Shown one piece after another: positions 1 to 14,200 of a DNA stretch of 64,000 nucleotides. A program made the translations under genes and the position numbers. Below the pieces are notes generated by a model, which worked only from the letters and a program-made list of their open reading frames with translations, was not told the origin of the DNA and did not search any database. Positions within the stretch are counted from its first letter, which is position 1. The number at the start of each line of letters is the position of its first letter. The stretch is from Chiloscyllium plagiosum (taxonomy: Eukaryota): positions 18,169,466 through 18,233,465 of the forward strand of contig NC_057750.1 of NCBI RefSeq assembly GCF_004010195.1, in the 5' to 3' direction.

Positions 1-1195
1 ACCTCTGCTCTTTGTGATTTTTATAAATGACTTGGATGAGGAAGTGGAAGCGAGGGGGTGGTTAAGTAAGTTTGACGATCACACAAAGGTTAGTGGAGTC
101 ATGGCTAGTGTGGAGGACTGTTGTATGTTGCAACGGGACAGTGACAGGATGCAGAACTGGGCAGATAAGCAGCAGATGGAGTTCAACCTAGAAAAGTGTG
201 AGGTGATTCACTTTGGAAGGTCAAATTTGAATGCAAAATACAGGGTTAAAAGCAGGATTCCTGGCAGTGTGGAGGAACAGAGGGATCTTGGGGTCCATGT
301 CCACAGATCCCTCCAAGTTGCCACCCTAGTTGATAGGGTTGTCAAGAAGATATGTGTGTGTTGGCTTTCATTAGCAGGGGGCTTGAATTCAAGAGCAGCA
401 CGGTTATGCTGCAGCTCTACAGAGCCACGGTAAGGGCACACTTGAAATATTGTGTCCAGTTCTAGTTGCCTCATTATAGGAAACCTTTAGAGAGGGTGCA
501 GAGGAGATTTATCAGGATGCTGCCTGGACTGGAGGGCATGTCTCATGAAGAAAGGTTGAGGGAACTAGGGCTTTTCTCATTGGAGCAAAGAAGAGGTGGT
601 TGAGGCAAAAATAGAGTGAATAGTCAGAGACTTTTTCCCAGGGGAAAATGGCTGTCATGTGGGCATAATTTTAAGGTGTTTGGAGGAAGGTTTAGGGGAG
701 ATGTCGGAGGTCGGTTCGTTATACAGAGAGTGGTGGATGCGTAGAATGCACTGCCAGCAGTGATAGTAGAGTCAGATACATTAAGGACATTTAAACAACT
801 CTTGGATAGGCACGTGGATGATAGTAAACAGAAAGGTATGTAGGTTAGTTTGATCTTTTAGCTCCTTAACACAGTATGATCAGAGTCTTTCCCACCTGAA
901 ATTCTTTGCACAACTTCAAATGGCTGCTACAAAAATGTCTACTATTTATCATTCTTCTATTACACTGTAACTTGCATGTTTTGCATTTGTTATGCACTTT
1001 ATGCAGTGTACGAGTGTGTAGTTTGTGCTGTGCATGTAGCACCCTTGGTCCCGGAGGAATGCTGTCTTGTTTTGTACTGTATCGGTTGTATATAGTAGAA
1101 GTGACAAATAAAAAGCTGCTACTACTACTAAAAGGTCAGCACAACATCGAGGGTCAAAGGGCCTGTACTGTGTTGTACTGTTCTACATGCTATGT
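1..1195 (+). mobile_element. CR1 LINE 3' fragment (RT C-terminus and 3' UTR), interrupted at about 858-1130
   Basis: Translation [41 protein letters not shown]1 3' end aagggcctgtactgtgttgtactgttct. Confidence 0.9.
858..1130 (+). mobile_element. 3' tail of a different non-LTR element ending AATAAA...(CTA)n, nested in the CR1 3' UTR
   Basis: The CR1 UTR resumes directly after the ctactactacta tail. Confidence 0.55.
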
Positions 1196-1329
1196 TTTAA
1201 ACAATGTCTACTGCTCTGCTGTCATCAATCTCCTTGGTTCGTTCCTCAAAAATCTCAATCAAGTTTGAGAGGAATGTTTTTCCTCATGCAAAATCATACT
1301 GACTATCAATGATAAGCAATCGAGAACAC

Positions 1330-1645
1330 AAGGCTAACGTCATGGGAAAGTGGGCTTGAAATCCACTGTGGCAGATGGTGAAATCTGAATTTAATATGTT
1401 AATGGAGATTGTGTAACCCCTTGAATGTCGTTAAAAAACAAACATCTGGTTCACTAATGTCCTTTACAGAGGGAAATGTGTCATCTATTACTAGTCTGGC
1501 CTGCACATTACACCAGACCAACAATAATGTGGTTGACTCTTACGGCCCCCTGAAATGATCAAGCAAGCCACTCAGTCCAAGAGCAATAAGAGTGGACCCC
1601 AAACGCTGGCTTGCCAGTATTGACCATACCTCGTGTAATAAAAAG
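1330..1645 (+). mobile_element. tRNA-derived SINE with conserved central domain (further copies at about 3700-4045 and 35240-35490)
   Basis: Shared core gttcactaatgtcctt..ggaaat..tctggcc..aatgtggttgactctt in three places; superfamily not assigned. Confidence 0.7.
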
Positions 1646-2186
1646 TGGAAAAAGTTGCATTGTTAGCCCAGCATTAGTTTTCTCATGACAGGAGACAAAT
1701 ACAGAGAGTGAGGAGCAGGATCAAGTTTTGCTGTGGTCTGTTGAGGAACCATGAACATAAAATTACGAATCATTCAGACACCGTCAGCTTGTTAAAACAA
1801 CCAAAGCTGGACAAAGTTGTCGGTGAACCTTTACAACAATTATAATGCCTGATCAACAGGTTTCACAAAAAGATCCATGTTCCCAAGGAAAAAAAAAAGT
1901 GTCAACCAAATGGATAGCATGCACCAACTTTACCATCTAGGTCTGGAGGAGAATGAAGAGGACAATGATGGAAAAGATTTATAGCAGGTTTTTCACTACA
2001 GCAGAACAAGGTTACAACAGGAGCCTCAGTTTCCTTATTAAGATAAAGCAAATTTACAAAGTGAATGTCTGTGCAACTTGTGATACAAATGCAGTAGCTT
2101 GTAGAGTGCATTATAATCCTGGACAACAGCCAAATTTACAGCAGGTGCCTGCAACTTAAACTCAACAGCTTTGAGATGAATTTTCT

Positions 2187-2285
2187 TCAGGTGAGGCGCA
2201 TACATTGTGGAGCACTTAGATCTAAGAGGCAGTCACACTTTTCCGGTTTAGACATGGTAGAATCTGATTCATGGTCAGAGTATAA
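2187..2285 (-). CDS. Candidate terminal exon [36 protein letters not shown]
   Basis: Strong acceptor cattttcacatttctgtattgtag|TTA in phase 0, matching exon K. 32 codons then TGA (2187-2189); no strong donor before the stop. No homology recognised. Confidence 0.4.
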   Translation of the reverse strand, partial: LYSDHESDSTMSKPEKCDCLLDLSAPQCMRLT

Positions 2286-5200
2286 CTACAATACAGAAAT
2301 GTGAAAATGGATCCCTGGTAGGGAGCAGGGGGCTGGATCTGCCCGACAGAGAAAGTGAGGACTGCAGATGCTGGAGATTAGAGTGGAGTGTGGGGTGCTG
2401 GAAAAGCACAGCAGGTCAGGGAGCATCCGAGATGCAGGAGAATTGATGCTTCGCTTTTACCTGAAACGTTGATTCTCTTGCTCCTCGGATGCTGCCTGAC
2501 TTGCTATACTATTCCAGCACCACATCCTGGATCGGCCCTATGATCACTCAGTAGTTAAGTATATTCAAGGCAAATCTTGAAAAGATTTTTGGATACTAAG
2601 GACTATGGGAATAGTGCAGGAAGATGGAAATGGAGTAAGTGGTCAGCAATAATAGTATTACACCAAGCTTGAAAGGGCAAATGGACAACACCTATTCCTA
2701 TCCCGGCCCTTTAGAGATCAACTGCATTGTCTTACTGTTGCTGCTTCTAGTTACTCCTTAGTGTGCTAGTAACCCATTCTAGTTATCAGTTAGGATCTGT
2801 AAATTAAGTAGTTTCTGAGGTCTGTCCAAGCTTGTCCTTGACTATCACTCTTTCACCACCTTGCCGTCCGGTGAATCAATAACCATCTCAGATATTTTTT
2901 TAAAAATTCAAATTAAGTATGAGACATATTGCAGATATTTAGGCAAATTTTAAACAAGAAAGGAAGAAAAGAAGAAGAAAGAGTAGGTGATATGGTTGTC
3001 GAACTGCTCTGCCACTCAATATGTTCGTGGCTGATCTTGGGCTCAAACCCCAATTTCCTTATCCCTCTATTCCCTGACAGGTGACAAATTTGTCTTCGCT
3101 TTAAATATATTCAATAACCTCTAAGACAGAGAATTCTAAATATTCACAACTCATTGAGTGAAGAATTTTCTTGTTTCTATCCTAAACAACCGATCTCTTA
3201 TCCTGAGACCATGCTCCTGAGTCCTAGATTTCCCAAATAAGGAAACAACTTTTGTGCATTGTCAAGCTCTTTCAGAACCATTCATGTTTTAACAAGCTCA
3301 GCTCTCATTCTTCTCAACCACACAGAATACAGGCTCTCATCATTCCCCCTCCAATAATCCCATTAACCAATCCAGCAAATCTCTGCTGCACTACCTTGAA
3401 TCGACATATATCCTTCCCTAAATAGAGACCAAAGCTGCACACCACAATTCCAAACGTAAACTCAAAGTCATTCCAATAAGGAATTTGGGTCAATTTAAAA
3501 TAGCAAATAGGGATTGGATCAGGAGGTTCAGAGGATGACACTAATCCAAACATGAATAACTGAATGACCAGACAGGACAATGAAAGGAAAATTCATCATA
3601 AGATGCACTAATGCTAGATTTAACCCACCACAAAGCTAAACAAATAAAATAATTTCAAATTTGTTTGTCTTTTCTCAAAATAGCTGCTGCAAAGGGGAGG
3701 CATTGGCCTAATGGCATTATTGCTAGAGCATTATTGCTAGAGTTAATTAATTAATGTTTTGGGGATCTGGGTTTGAATCCCATCATGGCAGATGGTGCGA
3801 TTTGAATTCAATTAAAAAATAAATCGATCTGGAATTAAGAGTCAATTGCCATTTTTTGTTGTAAAATACCTATTGAGTTCACTAATGTCCTTTAGGAAAG
3901 GAAATTGCATCCTTACCTGTCTGGTCTAGATCAGACTCCTGACCTACTACAATGTTGTTGACTCTTAACTGCCCTCTGGGCAATTAGGACAGGCAACAAA
4001 TGCTGGCCTAGTCAATGATGCTCACATCCATGAATAAATAAAAAAGTATGAAGGTGATACATAATTTATGACTGATTAATACAATAGAACGTTGTTCTGT
4101 AAAGGATGTTACAACATTAAAAATTGGAAGACCCAATTTAGCTAGTTTCTGGATTTTCTCCTTCTTATGCATGGGATAGTCACTAAAAGAAGTATGTACA
4201 TTTTATTTTTTTTTAACGTACCTGCACACCTAACTCAGCTTCAGTCACAGCTTCTGTATTTAAATTGAATGAACGGTTCCAGAACTTGGAGCTTCTAAAG
4301 GACTCTTCTCTCCATGCAGTAAAGCTATTGTGTTCCTCATCATTCAAAGGCTCCTCTTTTATGGTAACAGTGCAGATTTCAGGGCCATCAGAATCCATGC
4401 GCTCATCACCATTTATTTCAGCCAAATCTCGCTCAACTTTAATATGGGCTTCACTTCGCTTGCTTGCATTAAACTGAGTTTTAAATTTTTCCATGCTGTC
4501 TGTCCTTTTGCAATCTTCTCCAAATGTACTATCCTCTGTCACCCATTTTGTTTCATAAGCTCCAGTGACTGTAATGGTCTCACTTTTCATAGGGAATGTG
4601 TTAATAGTTTTCGCTCTTTGATTGCATTCCCCTTGTTCAGAGGATTTCACTGGATTCATTTCCAAGTCAAACATGTCATTGTTTAAATTGACAAGATTTG
4701 CTTTTGTTTGACAATCAGCCAAAGGAATGATATTGTCGTGCTGCTCAGCCTGTGTAGTGGTCTCTGGAAACATACGTAATGACTGGGATGGAGAAAGCTG
4801 ATCTACCAATGTCCAAGTTGCAGGGACACACTGAAGTTGCAGCTTTGTTGCAGTTACGTCACATAGCGATGTGGAATTGTGCAATCTTCCAACACTTGCT
4901 TCTGATAAACTGGTTTTGGTACACAGTTCTGAATTTGTAGCAGCTGTGTTACAAAGAGAAGTGTTAGCATCACCTTCCAAAGTCGTAACTGTAGATGTGA
5001 CGATTTTGACCACTGAATTTGTTCCTGTAATGGAAATATTATGGCATTATTCTTCAAAATCATACAGTATATTGATTAAAAGGGAATTCCTATTCCCAAT
5101 GATTTACAAAAAACTTGGATTTCTATAACACCTTTCATGGCCAATGTTCCCTCTAAGCTATACTGCTGCTACAAGAATCTGTGCATGGCAAGTGGCATTC

Positions 5201-8200
5201 CACCACCATTTTGCAGCACTGATGTCTGGTTCCAAAAGTCAGTGCTGTGCACAGACCTTTGAAATAGCTGAAAATAAAATTAGTGGGAACACTGTTTGCG
5301 ATCACTGGATGTCATATAGCACTTGGTAAGAATGATACACAATGGCTGTAAAGTTTCAGGTAAACCTCAACATGTGATTAAACCAGCACCTGAATCCTAC
5401 ATGAGTTTTCGAGGACCCATTTGTGCAGGTAGAGCCATTACCTAACACGAAACCCAGAATTGAATATATCCTGAATGTTATGGATACAACTATTCGAATT
5501 CCAGACGCTATTCTCTTAAAAAACAATCAAAGCTAAAGTGGTAGCAAAAACACTCAGTTTTACACTCGCCATGGTCTGTGAATATAAATACAGCCTGATC
5601 AAGTACCAAAGTTTGTCAAAAAACTTTCAGGATATCATAAGTTTGTGAATTAAAGCAATTAAAGTTGACTGTGGACCATCTGCAGACCCATGGTGCTTTC
5701 GTGAGATATCACCAAACTCTCAAACCATGATCAAAATTTATTGTTATCAGCATCCAAAGGATTAAGGCAAAGCTTTAGATTTTCTAATTTGCAATCGGAG
5801 TCCAAACACAGGCAGGTTAGGTGGATTGGGTGAAAGTGAGGAATACAAATGTCTGAGATGAGAGTCAAAAAGTGTGGCGCTGGAAAAGCACAGCAGATCA
5901 GGCAGCATCCAAGGCGCAGGAGAGTCAACGTTTCGAGGATAAGCTCTTCATCAGGAATGTGGGTTGGACCCCAGGGAACAGAGATAAATGAGAGGGATCT
6001 GGCGCAAGGCAGCCGGGAATGCGATAGGTAGATGAAGGTGGAGGATGAAGGTGATAGGTCAGAGCAGAGGGTGGAGAGAACAGGTTGATGGACATGCAGA
6101 ACAGAACAGTTCCAGAGGGTGGTGCCGAGTTGGAGGGTTGGATGTAGGATGGAGGGGGGGGGGGGGGAATGAGCAAACTGGTGAAATCAACATTAATCCC
6201 GTGTGGTTGGAGTGTCTGAAGGCGGGAGATGAGGTGTTCTTCCTCCAGGTATCGAGTGGCTAGAATTTGGCAGTGGAGGTGGCCCAAGACTTGCATGTCC
6301 TTGGCGGAGTTGGAGGGAGAGTTGAAGTGTCCTTCCACAGAGGGTGGGGTTAATTGGTGCATGTGTCCCGGAAATATTCTCTGAAACATTCCACAAGTTG
6401 CTGTCCTGTCTCCCTAATGTAGAGACGACCACATCGAGGGCAACGGACCTGGTAGATGAGATGTTTGAAGGTGCAGAAAAATCTCTGCCAGATGTGGAAG
6501 GATCCTTTGAGCCATGGATGGAGGTGAGTAGGGGGGGGGGGGGAGAAGTGGGCACAGGTTTACACCTCTTATGGTGGCAAGGGAAAGTGCTGGGAGTGGA
6601 GGGTGGGTTGGTGGGCGGCATGGGCCTAACGAGGGAGTATGGAGGGAATGGTCTCTGTGGAATGCTGAAAGGAGTGGGGACGGAAATATATCTCTGGTGG
6701 TCGGGTCTGACTGTGTGTAGTCTGGTGGTGGGGTCAGGTTAGGATTGGCCATGCTAAATTTCCCATAGTGACCAAAAATATGCAGCGAGCTGGATTAGCC
6801 ATGGGAAATGCTGGGTTACAGGGTTGGGGGTTAGGTCTGGATGCGATGCTCTGAGGGTCGGTGTAGACGCAATGGGCCAAATGGTCTGCTTCCACGCTGT
6901 AGGGATTCAATGATTATCCAAACCTACTGGCTTCAGATAATTCGAATTACTTTATAGCCATTAAACAAGAGGACCATTAAAATTGATTACAGATAAATTG
7001 TTAAGTCAAAAAATGAATCTTAGACTATGTGAGTACATGTCCACATTTCTCAAAAGGCTTACAGGTGTATGCAGAATTGAGCACTAACAGTTGAAAAATG
7101 TGCCATAAAATATTGAAATATATGAATGTAAGACCACCAAAAATTTTAAACAGGAAATGAAGTTTGGTACTGTTGCCTTTACAAGGTGAGCCTTAAAAAG
7201 CAACACTCAGTAGTCATTACGAAGTATTTAAAAGTGCTCGCTTATTTAACATTTTTAATCGATACTATTGATTGTTCTTCTGACAATCAGGAATGTCATC
7301 TGAACATGCTAAAACAGTACTATCATAGAAAAGACCACAAGAATGTACAGGTATGTCAACTAGCAACTGTAGTAGAAGAGGATAGAAGAAAGAAGAATGA
7401 GAGCCACTGAGAAAAAGGGAAATTCCCAAAAATAAACTTCGCTATGAGTCACAAATTTGGAGAAATTAGATAATTTAGCTGGAGAAATATCAACAAAGAG
7501 ATATATAACGAGGTTCTTGGCAATGTGCGGATTTAATGGAAATTAATTTGCTAGGAAAACAGACAAAGATGGTTAGATTATTTTTTTTAGATTAGATTAC
7601 ATTACTTACAGTGTGGAAACAGGCCCTTCGGCCCAACAAGTCCACACCGACCCGCCGAAGCAAAACCCACCCATACCCCTACATTTACCCCTTACCTAAC
7701 ACCACGGGCAATTTAGCATGACCAATTCACCTGACCCTGCACATCTTTGGACTGTGGGAGGAAACCGGAGCACCCGGAAGAAACCCACGCAGACACGGGG
7801 AGAACGTGCAAACTCCACACAGTCAGTCGCCTGAGGCAGGAATTGAACCCGGGTCTCAGGCGCTGTGAGGCAGCAGTGCTAACCACTGTGCCACCGTGCC
7901 GACCATGGTATAAGTCAACAGAATGCCAAGCAGTTTTGAAAAGCTAAAAGCAATTTTCACGAATGAACACGTAATTAAATGCACCTAACTTTACATTCGC
8001 AGTAGAAGCCAGTGATTTGGGGATTGGAGCAGTTCCCTTACAGGAAGGCAAAACTGGAATGGAGAAGCCTGTGGCTTAATTTTCAAAGAAGTTGAACCAC
8101 CATCAGAGAAGATATCAAATTACAAACAAGGAAGCGCTCGAGGTGGGGGCAGTTCTTCAGCACTTTGGAGTTTACATTTGACATGGGAACTGTGAAATTG

Positions 8201-11200
8201 TGGTTTCCTTTGATTACAATCTTAACCTTTGGGGACGAGTTCGGAATGGAATCTCCAAGATTGTTCAAATGGAGATTAGATCTGCAATCGTATGACATGA
8301 AAATGTTTCCATGTGCATATTTCCAGGAAAGAAAATGTAATTGCAGATGCTTTATCCTGAATGTAAGTGGTTTTAAATTTAAGAATGTGACCAAAAGAAC
8401 TGAATAGTGATTAAGAATCGGGTGGACCATAAGAAACAGGGACGGGAGAAGGCACCTTGAACTTGCTCTGCCATTCATCAGGATCCATTTATCTCAACAA
8501 GGACTCTGCTCCTCAGTTCTCAATGGAAAGAAGTTCAAATGACTCAACTCTCAAAGAAATTCCTCCTCATCTCAGTCCTAAATTGACACCCCTGCATTCT
8601 GAGACTATGCCCTCAGGTCCTTGACTCTCACATAAAGGGAAACATAATCTTTTACACCCTGTCAATCCCCTTAAGAATCCTTTATGTTTCAATGAGATCA
8701 CCTCTTATTCTTCTAAACTCCAGTGAGTAGGGTCTTAACCTGTTTAGCCTTTGCTCTCAAGACAATCTGTCCGTTCCAGGGATCATCCGAATTAACCTTT
8801 TCTAATCTGCCTCAAATGAAATGATATCTCTCCTTAGATAAGGGGGCCAAAACAGCTCTCTGTACTCTAGATGTGGTCTCACTAGCACCTTGTGCAGTTA
8901 CATTCAGACTTCTTTACTCTTATACTACAACCGCTTTGAAATAAGGGCCAACATTCCACTGGCCTTGCTGATTACCTGCTGCACCTGTGTGCTAGCTTTC
9001 TGGGTCTCATGCACAAGTCCCTTTGTCAATGTAATAAATCTGTTCTTCTGTTCTCCCTTTCAAAATGAACAACTTCACATTTTCCCACATTATCCTCAGT
9101 TTGCCAACTTTTTAACCCACGTACTTAACCTATCAACATCTCTCTGTAAACTGTATGTATCCCCTTTGCAACTTGCTTTTCATCTATTTTTGTGTCATCT
9201 GCAAATTTGCCTATAGTGGGAGGAACAATGAATGTGTTTTGTGTTGTTTAAGTGTTGCTAACCTTGTAATGAAACCTTTTTTAAAAAAACTGGTGTGTCA
9301 TGTTTTGAGGGGGCAGGCATGTTAGAACTCACTGATTTTTTTTTACCTTTTTTCCATTCTTTTATAAATGTTGGTTTGGAGCTGTGAACGGAGAACTTTG
9401 AGCTGAAAATGATCTTTGGACAGTGAACAGCAGCTTAAATTACAAACTAAAAACAAAACACAGAATAAACTAGCTGCTGGGCATTTGAGAGGCAGGCATG
9501 CAATTTAATTGCAGGTTAGTTCTTAAATCAAAAAGATTCCAAAAAACTCTGTGGCACCAGGGTCATACAGCACAAAAACGGGCCATATGACCCATCACGT
9601 CTATGCTGATCAACCAACTCCAGACTACACAAACACCATAGCCTACTATGCCCTGGCGTTTCAAAGACTCATTCAGATGCTTCTTAAAATGTTGCAGGAC
9701 TACCTTCTACCTTCCGCCACCATCCACTTAGGCAGCAGATTCCAGTTATCAGCTACTCTCTGGGTAAATTTGTTTTTCAGATCTCCTCTAAACTGATTAT
9801 TCCTCACCTTAAACGTATGCCCTCTAGTTTTAGACAAGTGCACCATAGGGAGAGAGATTCTCATGACCTATTCTGTCCAAGCCTCTCAATTTTGTACACC
9901 ACAATCAGATACCTCCCCAGCCTCTCTGCTCCAAGGAAAACAAATCCAGCCTATCCAGTCTCTCCTCATAATGAAGACTTTTCAATCCAGGTAACATTAA
10001 GTTGAATCTCCTCTGCACATCCTCCAGTGTAAACCTGCCCTTCTGATTGTGTGGCGACCAGGGTTGCAAACAGCATTCCATCTGTGACCTAAACATTTTA
10101 TTAGGGTGTAAAATGACTTCCTTGCTCCTACATATGCTTTGGCTAATGTTTAACGCAATACAAGAAAAGATGATGGTCAAACTGAGGAAGGGACCAGAGT
10201 TCTAACTGGCTTTTGGACGGAGTTTCTGAAAGGAGGAGCCTGTCTGTCAATCCTAGGGCATAAAAGATTTGAAAGGGATTTTGAGTAGTCTGGCTAGTTT
10301 TGTTACTTTCTTATCTCTGAATGGTGTTTTTTGTGTGAAAGTTCTAAAAACGAAGGTTATTGGGTTTAAATTACAGACAATTAGACTACGCTCTTATTTA
10401 AATGGATGTAAATTTGCTTCCTGAGCTGAAAGGTTCATTTTCAGACATTCCATCACCACAACAGGTATCATCATCAGTGAGCCTCCAGAGAAGCACTGGT
10501 GTCAGTGACTCGCTTATTATTTATGTCTTTTGGTTTCCTTGAGTTGGTGATGTCATTTTCGATGGTTATGTCATTTCTGGTGGTGATGTCATTTCCCGTT
10601 CTTTTTCTCAGAGGGTGCTAAATTCAGTAAAGTGGAGGAAAAAACAACAAGTTGCCATTTGTAGATGTCGCAGTAGAGTGAACAGCCAATGGTGAACTTC
10701 AAACCAGCATCTACAGGAAATCAATACATACTGACCAAATATTGAACTACAGAAGCAATCATCTTAACACCCACAAACAAAGCTGCATTAGAGCTACCAC
10801 ACGCTGCAGCATCTAGGAACTACGCAGAGCAGAGGAAAATCACCCACACAGGGTATTCAAAAAGAACTGGTATGCAATGAACATAGTCTGCCGATTTCTC
10901 AGCAACAAACCCCAGCAAGCAGTCAAAATACGTCCAGAAACGCTAGCCACCCTCCCCTACATCAAAGGCATCTCAGAAATGACTGCCAGACTACTCAGAC
11001 CCCTTGGCACCATGGTAGCTCACAAACCCACCAGCACACTAAAACAGCAGCAAATGAACTTGCAAGACCCTATATAGGCAACAAGCAAAACTAATGTCAT
11101 TTACAAAATACCTTGCAAGAACTGTAACAAACACTACATTGGACAAACAGGCAGAAAACTAGCCACCAGGATACATGAACACTACCTAGCCACAAAAACA

Positions 11201-14200
11201 CATGACCCACTCTCACTAGTATCCTTACATACAGATGAGGAAAGACACCATTTCGATTGGGTCAACACATCCTAGGACAAGCCAAACAGAGACACACATG
11301 AGAATTCCTAGAAGCATGACATTCCAACTGGAACTCTATCAACAAACACATAGACTTGGATCCCATTTACCACCCTCTGAGCAAAAGAACAGGAAATGAC
11401 ATCAACACAGGAAATGACACCACCAACCCAAGGATACCCAAACACAAACAGAAAGCAGGTCACTAACACCTGTGCTTCACTGGAGGCTCACTGATGTTAC
11501 CTAGTATGGTGGCGATAGGTCTGAAAATTAACCTTCCAACTCAGCGAGCAAACTTAATCCAGAACCTCAACTTGAGCTACAAGTCTTCTCAAAACTCGTT
11601 ATTTAATTTTGCTTTGCTAAGTTACTATACTGTTCAAGCTTGGTTTTTCAAAAAACTTGGTTATGAACTGCTGAGGTCAATTTTAAAGGGTCTTTGAAGA
11701 TTTTAATCTTACTGTGTTGCTAATGCTGAGGTAGGAAGGTGGATTTGATTTGGCTGTCTGTCTTCATCTCATAACAATAGTCAATAGTGCTCACTTCTCA
11801 ATACCATACCTGGAATTGGTGACTGGGGAATGTTCAGCTGTTGCACTGGTGTTTGTTCTGGAGTCTTTGTGTAAACTAGCTGGAATATTTTCCCACTGGA
11901 GTGTCTGTACAATTGTCGGCCATCAGCAGCCTTGATAGGCTGAAGCATCAGATTGTCTCCTGGCTGTAGTTTCAGTGTGTTTGGGACAGCAATGCATTGC
12001 CGGCGGCCATCTTGATCCAGAGAGGCAGGTGAACCTGACAAAAAGACAGGCCATTTAAAACGCTGCATGACAAATTGATGAATCATACCAATCTGCATAG
12101 TTTGTTGGTTTCAAGGCACAGATTTTTCCACTGATTGTATCTACCTCTGACATACAAGCCAACTTATTAAGGCATTGATAGCAACAATGCATTCACTCAA
12201 TGTATTTTAATTCAGAACTCAAAAAAATCAATAAAAATTTTGGTCTGACGACAGACAAAATAAACAAGCAGGGGAGTAGACCATTTGCCTCTTGATCCTC
12301 CTCTGCCATTTAATAGGGTCATGCAGATCTACAGCACAGAAAGAGACCAGTTGATCCATCAAACCTGCACCAGTCGAAAACCACCAAACTATTCTTAGCC
12401 CATTTTCCAGCACTATGTCCATAAACTTCTATGTTTTGGTATGGCGAACATATCTCTGAATTCTTCTTAAACGTTACGAGGGTTTCTGACCAAGTTTCCG
12501 ATTCTCACCATGCTCTGGATGGAAGAAATGTCTTCATATCCCCTCTAAACCTCCTGCCCTCATCTAAAATCAATGCCTCTTGATCATTACGTCTCTGTAA
12601 TTGCTATGATATCCCAGTCCCACATTCCTAACCATGCCCTGAGTTCATCTGCCTTTCCTGTTGGGCCTCTTGCACTGAAATAAATGCAAGTTAATTTATC
12701 AGTCCTACCTGGTTCTCTGCTTTGTTCTTGCCTGTCCTGACTGTTTGACTCATTCTCTTTCCCAGTCTCAGACTGATCTCTTTCCTCACTATTTCCCTGG
12801 GTTCCAGCCCCCCCACCACCACCAACCCCCACCCCCCCAAACTTACTAGTTAAAATCCTCCCCAGCAGCCCTAGCAAGTCTCCTTAGTAAGTATATTAGT
12901 CCCGTTCCAATTCAGGTGCAATCTGTCCTTCTTGTAAGGTCATTTTTACCCCAGAAGAGATTCCAATGATCCAAAAACATGAACTCTTCTTCCATGCACC
13001 AGCTCCTCAGCCACGCGTTCACCTGTTTTCTATCCTCCTGTTCCTACCCTCACTAGCTCGTAGCACCAGAAATAATTCGGATATTACTACTCTCGGGGAC
13101 CTCCTTTTTAAATTCCTGCCTAACTTTCCATATTCTCCCTTCAGAATCTCATCCTTTTCCCTTGCTATGCCGTTAGTTCCAATGTGTTTGCTAATCTCCT
13201 GCTGGTCCCTCTCCTCTTTGAGGACATTCTGCACCCTCTCTAAGATAACCTTGATCTTGGCATCAGGGAGGCAACACACCATTCTGATTTTTCGCTGCCG
13301 GCTGCAGAAACGTCTTTTTGTACCTCTGACTAGAGAATCCCGTATCACAATTGATTACTTGGAACCTGAAATGCCCTTCATTACATTAGAGCTATTCTTA
13401 GTACCAGAAACTTGGCTAGTGATGCTACATTCCCCTGAAAGTCCATCACACCCTACATTTTCCAATACAACATACTTGTTTGAGATGGGAGTAGTACCAA
13501 AGACTTCTGCACTACCTGCCTACCCCACCTACCTGACTGTATCTGCGGCTTTTCTCCCTTCCTATAACTGCCATCCATCACACCCCCTAGCTCCTATAAA
13601 TTCTTCACTGCCTCTAACTGCCACTCCAACCAATTCATGGGATCTGAAAAGATTCTCAATCAAACACACTTCTTGTAGACGTAATCATTAGTAACTTCCT
13701 GACTCCTACATCAGGCAAGGAGAGCACATCACTCTATTAAAGGCCTTCTTTTCTCCTCCATAATCTACAGACCCAGAAAATAGTCCAGTTTTGCAGCTGT
13801 AAAAACACTGCTCCAGGCTAACTTAGTACTTAAAATTTAATTAAGATACAGATCTCAATAAAACACAATCAAGAAAGAACCCACTGTACTCACTATTATA
13901 GATTTATGGCAAGGTTATACTTAAAACTATGCACTTATCTACACCTGTGGTATGAGCTCTCCCATACAGGTTCCTCCAAGGTCAGCTCTGAATTTCACTG
14001 TTTGTTAACTTTTCCTAGATGCACTTTGAAGTCCAAAGACACTTGAACTCACACAGCAAAGGCAGTAACTGTGCAGATTCACTGCTGTGTCAGGCAGCAG
14101 CGTATGTTTCTTTCGCTGACCATGTGGTCGCTGCCTTTGTCCATCTTCCTCCTCTTTAAAGTGCCGTTTTGATCTTCTTCCCCACCACCCCCAAAGTTCT

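Larger units (their letters stand above)
9320..11776 (+). mobile_element. Probable 3' LTR of the Gypsy element, split by CR1 and Penelope insertions
   Basis: Purine tract gagggggcaggca followed by TGTTAG; ends ggatttgatttggct..cataaCA, similar to the LTR-like end at 31868. Confidence 0.5.

Noticed and set aside
7840..7904. tRNA-like A/B boxes
   Set aside because: These are SINE heads and do not form a complete cloverleaf, so they are not tRNA genes.
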